DNA from: Elusimicrobiota bacterium
Lineage (GTDB): Bacteria > Elusimicrobiota > Elusimicrobia > UBA1565 > UBA9628
Direction: 5' to 3'
Length of the DNA stretch: 64,000 bases
NCBI GenBank assembly: GCA_027319565.1
Contig: DAHVNA010000002.1
Span: 56,093 to 120,092, forward strand
Notes under the pieces: model-generated
The model's input: the letters and a program-made list of their open reading frames with translations, nothing else
Told to the model about the DNA's origin: nothing
The model's database searches: none
Translations under genes and position numbers: made by a program
Shown: positions 59,642 to 64,000 of the stretch, one piece after another
How the letters are laid out: each line of letters begins with the position of its first letter
Numbering within the stretch: the stretch's first letter is position 1

Positions 59642-59973
59642 GATTCGGCCTTTTGATAGAGGAGCTTCCCATCTCGAGCGATAATGTGACCAATAGTCCC
59701 CACCCAAGGCTTTTGTTCTTCATAGTCTTTCCGCGTCAATACGATGATGTCCTTAGATATTCCAACTCCATGAAGACGCCTGTGGATTTCGACCGCCCTG
59801 TCCATGCGCCGACCCGGCAAACTGGAAAAAATAACCGCTAAATCCACGTCGCTATCCGGGCTGGCTTGGCCGCGAGCTTGAGGACCAAAGAGAATCACCG
59901 CCTCTGGGTCAAATCCAGAGACGATTCGGCTCACGATTTCAGAAATAAGAGGCTCAACTTGATTGGGGCTCAT
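59638..59973 (-). CDS. Minimal nucleotidyltransferase (MNT, MntA-like)
   Basis: VILFGPQARG....DSDVDL, DIIV and G.LLY motifs. Confidence 0.85.
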   Translation of the reverse strand: MSPNQVEPLISEIVSRIVSGFDPEAVILFGPQARGQASPDSDVDLAVIFSSLPGRRMDRAVEIHRRLHGVGISKDIIVLTRKDYEEQKPWVGTIGHIIARDGKLLYQKAES

Positions 59974-59999
59974 AAAACCATGCGCAGATCAGAATTTAA

Positions 60000-62582
<2,583 letters not shown>

Positions 62583-62879
62583 CTACTGACCAAATGCGCC
62601 CGGCTGTTTAAAACTGGACACAACCCCTTTGACCCAGGGTTTTTGAAAATATTTGTTTAAACTCTCAATGACCTGCCGGCTCCTCGCCTGAAGCTCTTGG
62701 GCCGCGGCGGAAGATGAAACCTGAATTAAAACCTTTCCCTTTTTAACTCCGGAAAGCTTCCAATAATTCACATATCCCCACTCCTTATCCCAAACGGAGC
62801 TCAGAACCGCCATCCGGTCTAAATTAAGGCCGGTGCGATACTGAAACGATTGAACTAAATCTTTTCCGCTTGAAATCAC
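62583..62879 (-). CDS. DUF721/DciA family protein
   Basis: W....G..L.I.V.SSA.AQEL pattern and position between dnaN and gyrB. Confidence 0.7.
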   Translation of the reverse strand: MISSGKDLVQSFQYRTGLNLDRMAVLSSVWDKEWGYVNYWKLSGVKKGKVLIQVSSSAAAQELQARSRQVIESLNKYFQKPWVKGVVSSFKQPGAFGQ

Positions 62880-64000
62880 ACCGGGGCCTCGACTCTCATC
62901 GGCATAATGATAAAGAAATAGTCTTTCCCTTTTTCGGGTTCGACGCGAACCGGGTTTGAGGAAGTCGTAAAACTCATTCGAACCAACTCCGAATCAATTC
63001 TTTTGAGCGCTTCAACCATAAACGCCGGGTTAAACGCGATGTCAAATTTATTCCCGGAATATTTAATCGGAATTTCATCGTCATACTCGGAATAGGGGCT
63101 CACCGCTGAAATTTTAAGGGCTTCCGAGCTAAGCGAATAAGAAACCGTCCCGCCTCGATCCCCCACGCACAAAGCGGCACGCTTTGTTGATGTCAACAAA
63201 TCAGCGGTATTGGCGGTAATGGAAAAATCTGTTTTTTCCGGTATCACCCGTTTATAATTGGGAAAAGTTCCGCTGACCAAACGAGATAACAGAGTGGTTT
63301 GATTAAATTCAAACACGATTTGATTTTCCGTAATGGTTATTTTAATCTTTTTAGCGGAATCAGAATCTATTTTATGAAGAGAGGCCAGCCGCAAAAATTC
63401 AGAAAGGGTTTTATGCGGAATAATGGACTGAAAACTGGCTTCCTTGGGAAGAGCTTCTTGAGAGCTAACCGCCAGGCGGCGGCCGTCAGTGGCGATCATA
63501 TCCAATTTTCCCTTATCAGCGGACCAAAAAACTCCGCTTAACACATGATTAACTTCCGGTAGAGAAGTTGAAAACAAGGTTTTCTCAATCATCTCCAGAA
63601 TAGGCTCGGCTAAAACGCTTAAAGTCTTTTCTTTGTTGACCGTGGGAAAAACCGGATATTCATTTTTAGGGCTTCCGGAAACTAAAAAATAAGACCTTCC
63701 ACATCTAAGAGACAGTTTTCCGTTGGAATCAATGCTTAAAGAAACATTTTGGCCTTCAGGAAAGCTGTGCAGCATTTCAGAAAATTTCTTAGCGGGAACG
63801 GCGATGCTTCCCGGATTTTCTATTTGGGCTTTAACATAGTGTTTAACCCCTATTTCCAGATCGGTGGCAGTAAGCTTTAAAAGAGAGCCATCAGTCTCCA
63901 AAAGGAAATTCATGAGTATGGGAAGAGTGGTTCGGCTGGATAATCCCGCCTGAATTGTTTGAATTCCATCCACCAGATCATTTTTATTACAAGTAAGATC
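62876..64000 (-). CDS. dnaN: DNA polymerase III beta clamp (5' end lies outside the window)
   Basis: ATDLE, ATDGRRL, RLV.G.FPNY.RVIP and IMPMR motifs. Confidence 0.96.
   Translation of the reverse strand, partial: DLTCNKNDLVDGIQTIQAGLSSRTTLPILMNFLLETDGSLLKLTATDLEIGVKHYVKAQIENPGSIAVPAKKFSEMLHSFPEGQNVSLSIDSNGKLSLRCGRSYFLVSGSPKNEYPVFPTVNKEKTLSVLAEPILEMIEKTLFSTSLPEVNHVLSGVFWSADKGKLDMIATDGRRLAVSSQEALPKEASFQSIIPHKTLSEFLRLASLHKIDSDSAKKIKITITENQIVFEFNQTTLLSRLVSGTFPNYKRVIPEKTDFSITANTADLLTSTKRAALCVGDRGGTVSYSLSSEALKISAVSPYSEYDDEIPIKYSGNKFDIAFNPAFMVEALKRIDSELVRMSFTTSSNPVRVEPEKGKDYFFIIMPMRVEAPV

Overview
Bacterial chromosomal segment of moderate GC, densely coding and probably just downstream of the replication origin. 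The right end reads dnaN (cut by the window edge) - DUF721/DciA - gyrB - [MNT + decayed HEPN] - gyrA - hypothetical - serS on the minus strand. Most of the window is housekeeping or envelope genes: ftsX-envC-ctpA-tsaD; queD-SDR-tlyA divergent from a folD-like gene; copA; nagZ; bioY; cspA; coaD; HD-GYP-rsmI-tsaC-glyA-mtnP-cdd; accB-like-accC-PAP2; a CHASE2 kinase-PP2C-FHA operon; queF; ppiC; pirin; and E2-E3-lipB-lysC. Gene style suggests a poorly cultured diderm lineage, possibly Elusimicrobiota (inference only). I found no rRNA, tRNA, CRISPR array or transposase. Points worth follow-up: (1) a frameshifted GIY-YIG nuclease gene abutting 69-bp structured direct repeats that bracket an AT-rich cargo gene; (2) a C39 peptidase lipoprotein coupled to a Cys-rich protein with a double-glycine-like site, followed by two lipoproteins and a degenerate P1B ATPase; (3) a -10 box 5-7 nt before the start codon of about 13 genes, implying widespread leaderless mRNAs and including an apparent bidirectional tlyA/folD promoter; (4) several apparent pseudo-enzymes, including an AccB without the biotinyl-Lys motif and an MTD1-like FolD; (5) toxin-antitoxin remnants (orphan hicA, and an MNT with an internally deleted HEPN between gyrB and gyrA); (6) a XapX small gene missing from the ORF track. 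All protein calls come from motif recognition by eye, not database searches.
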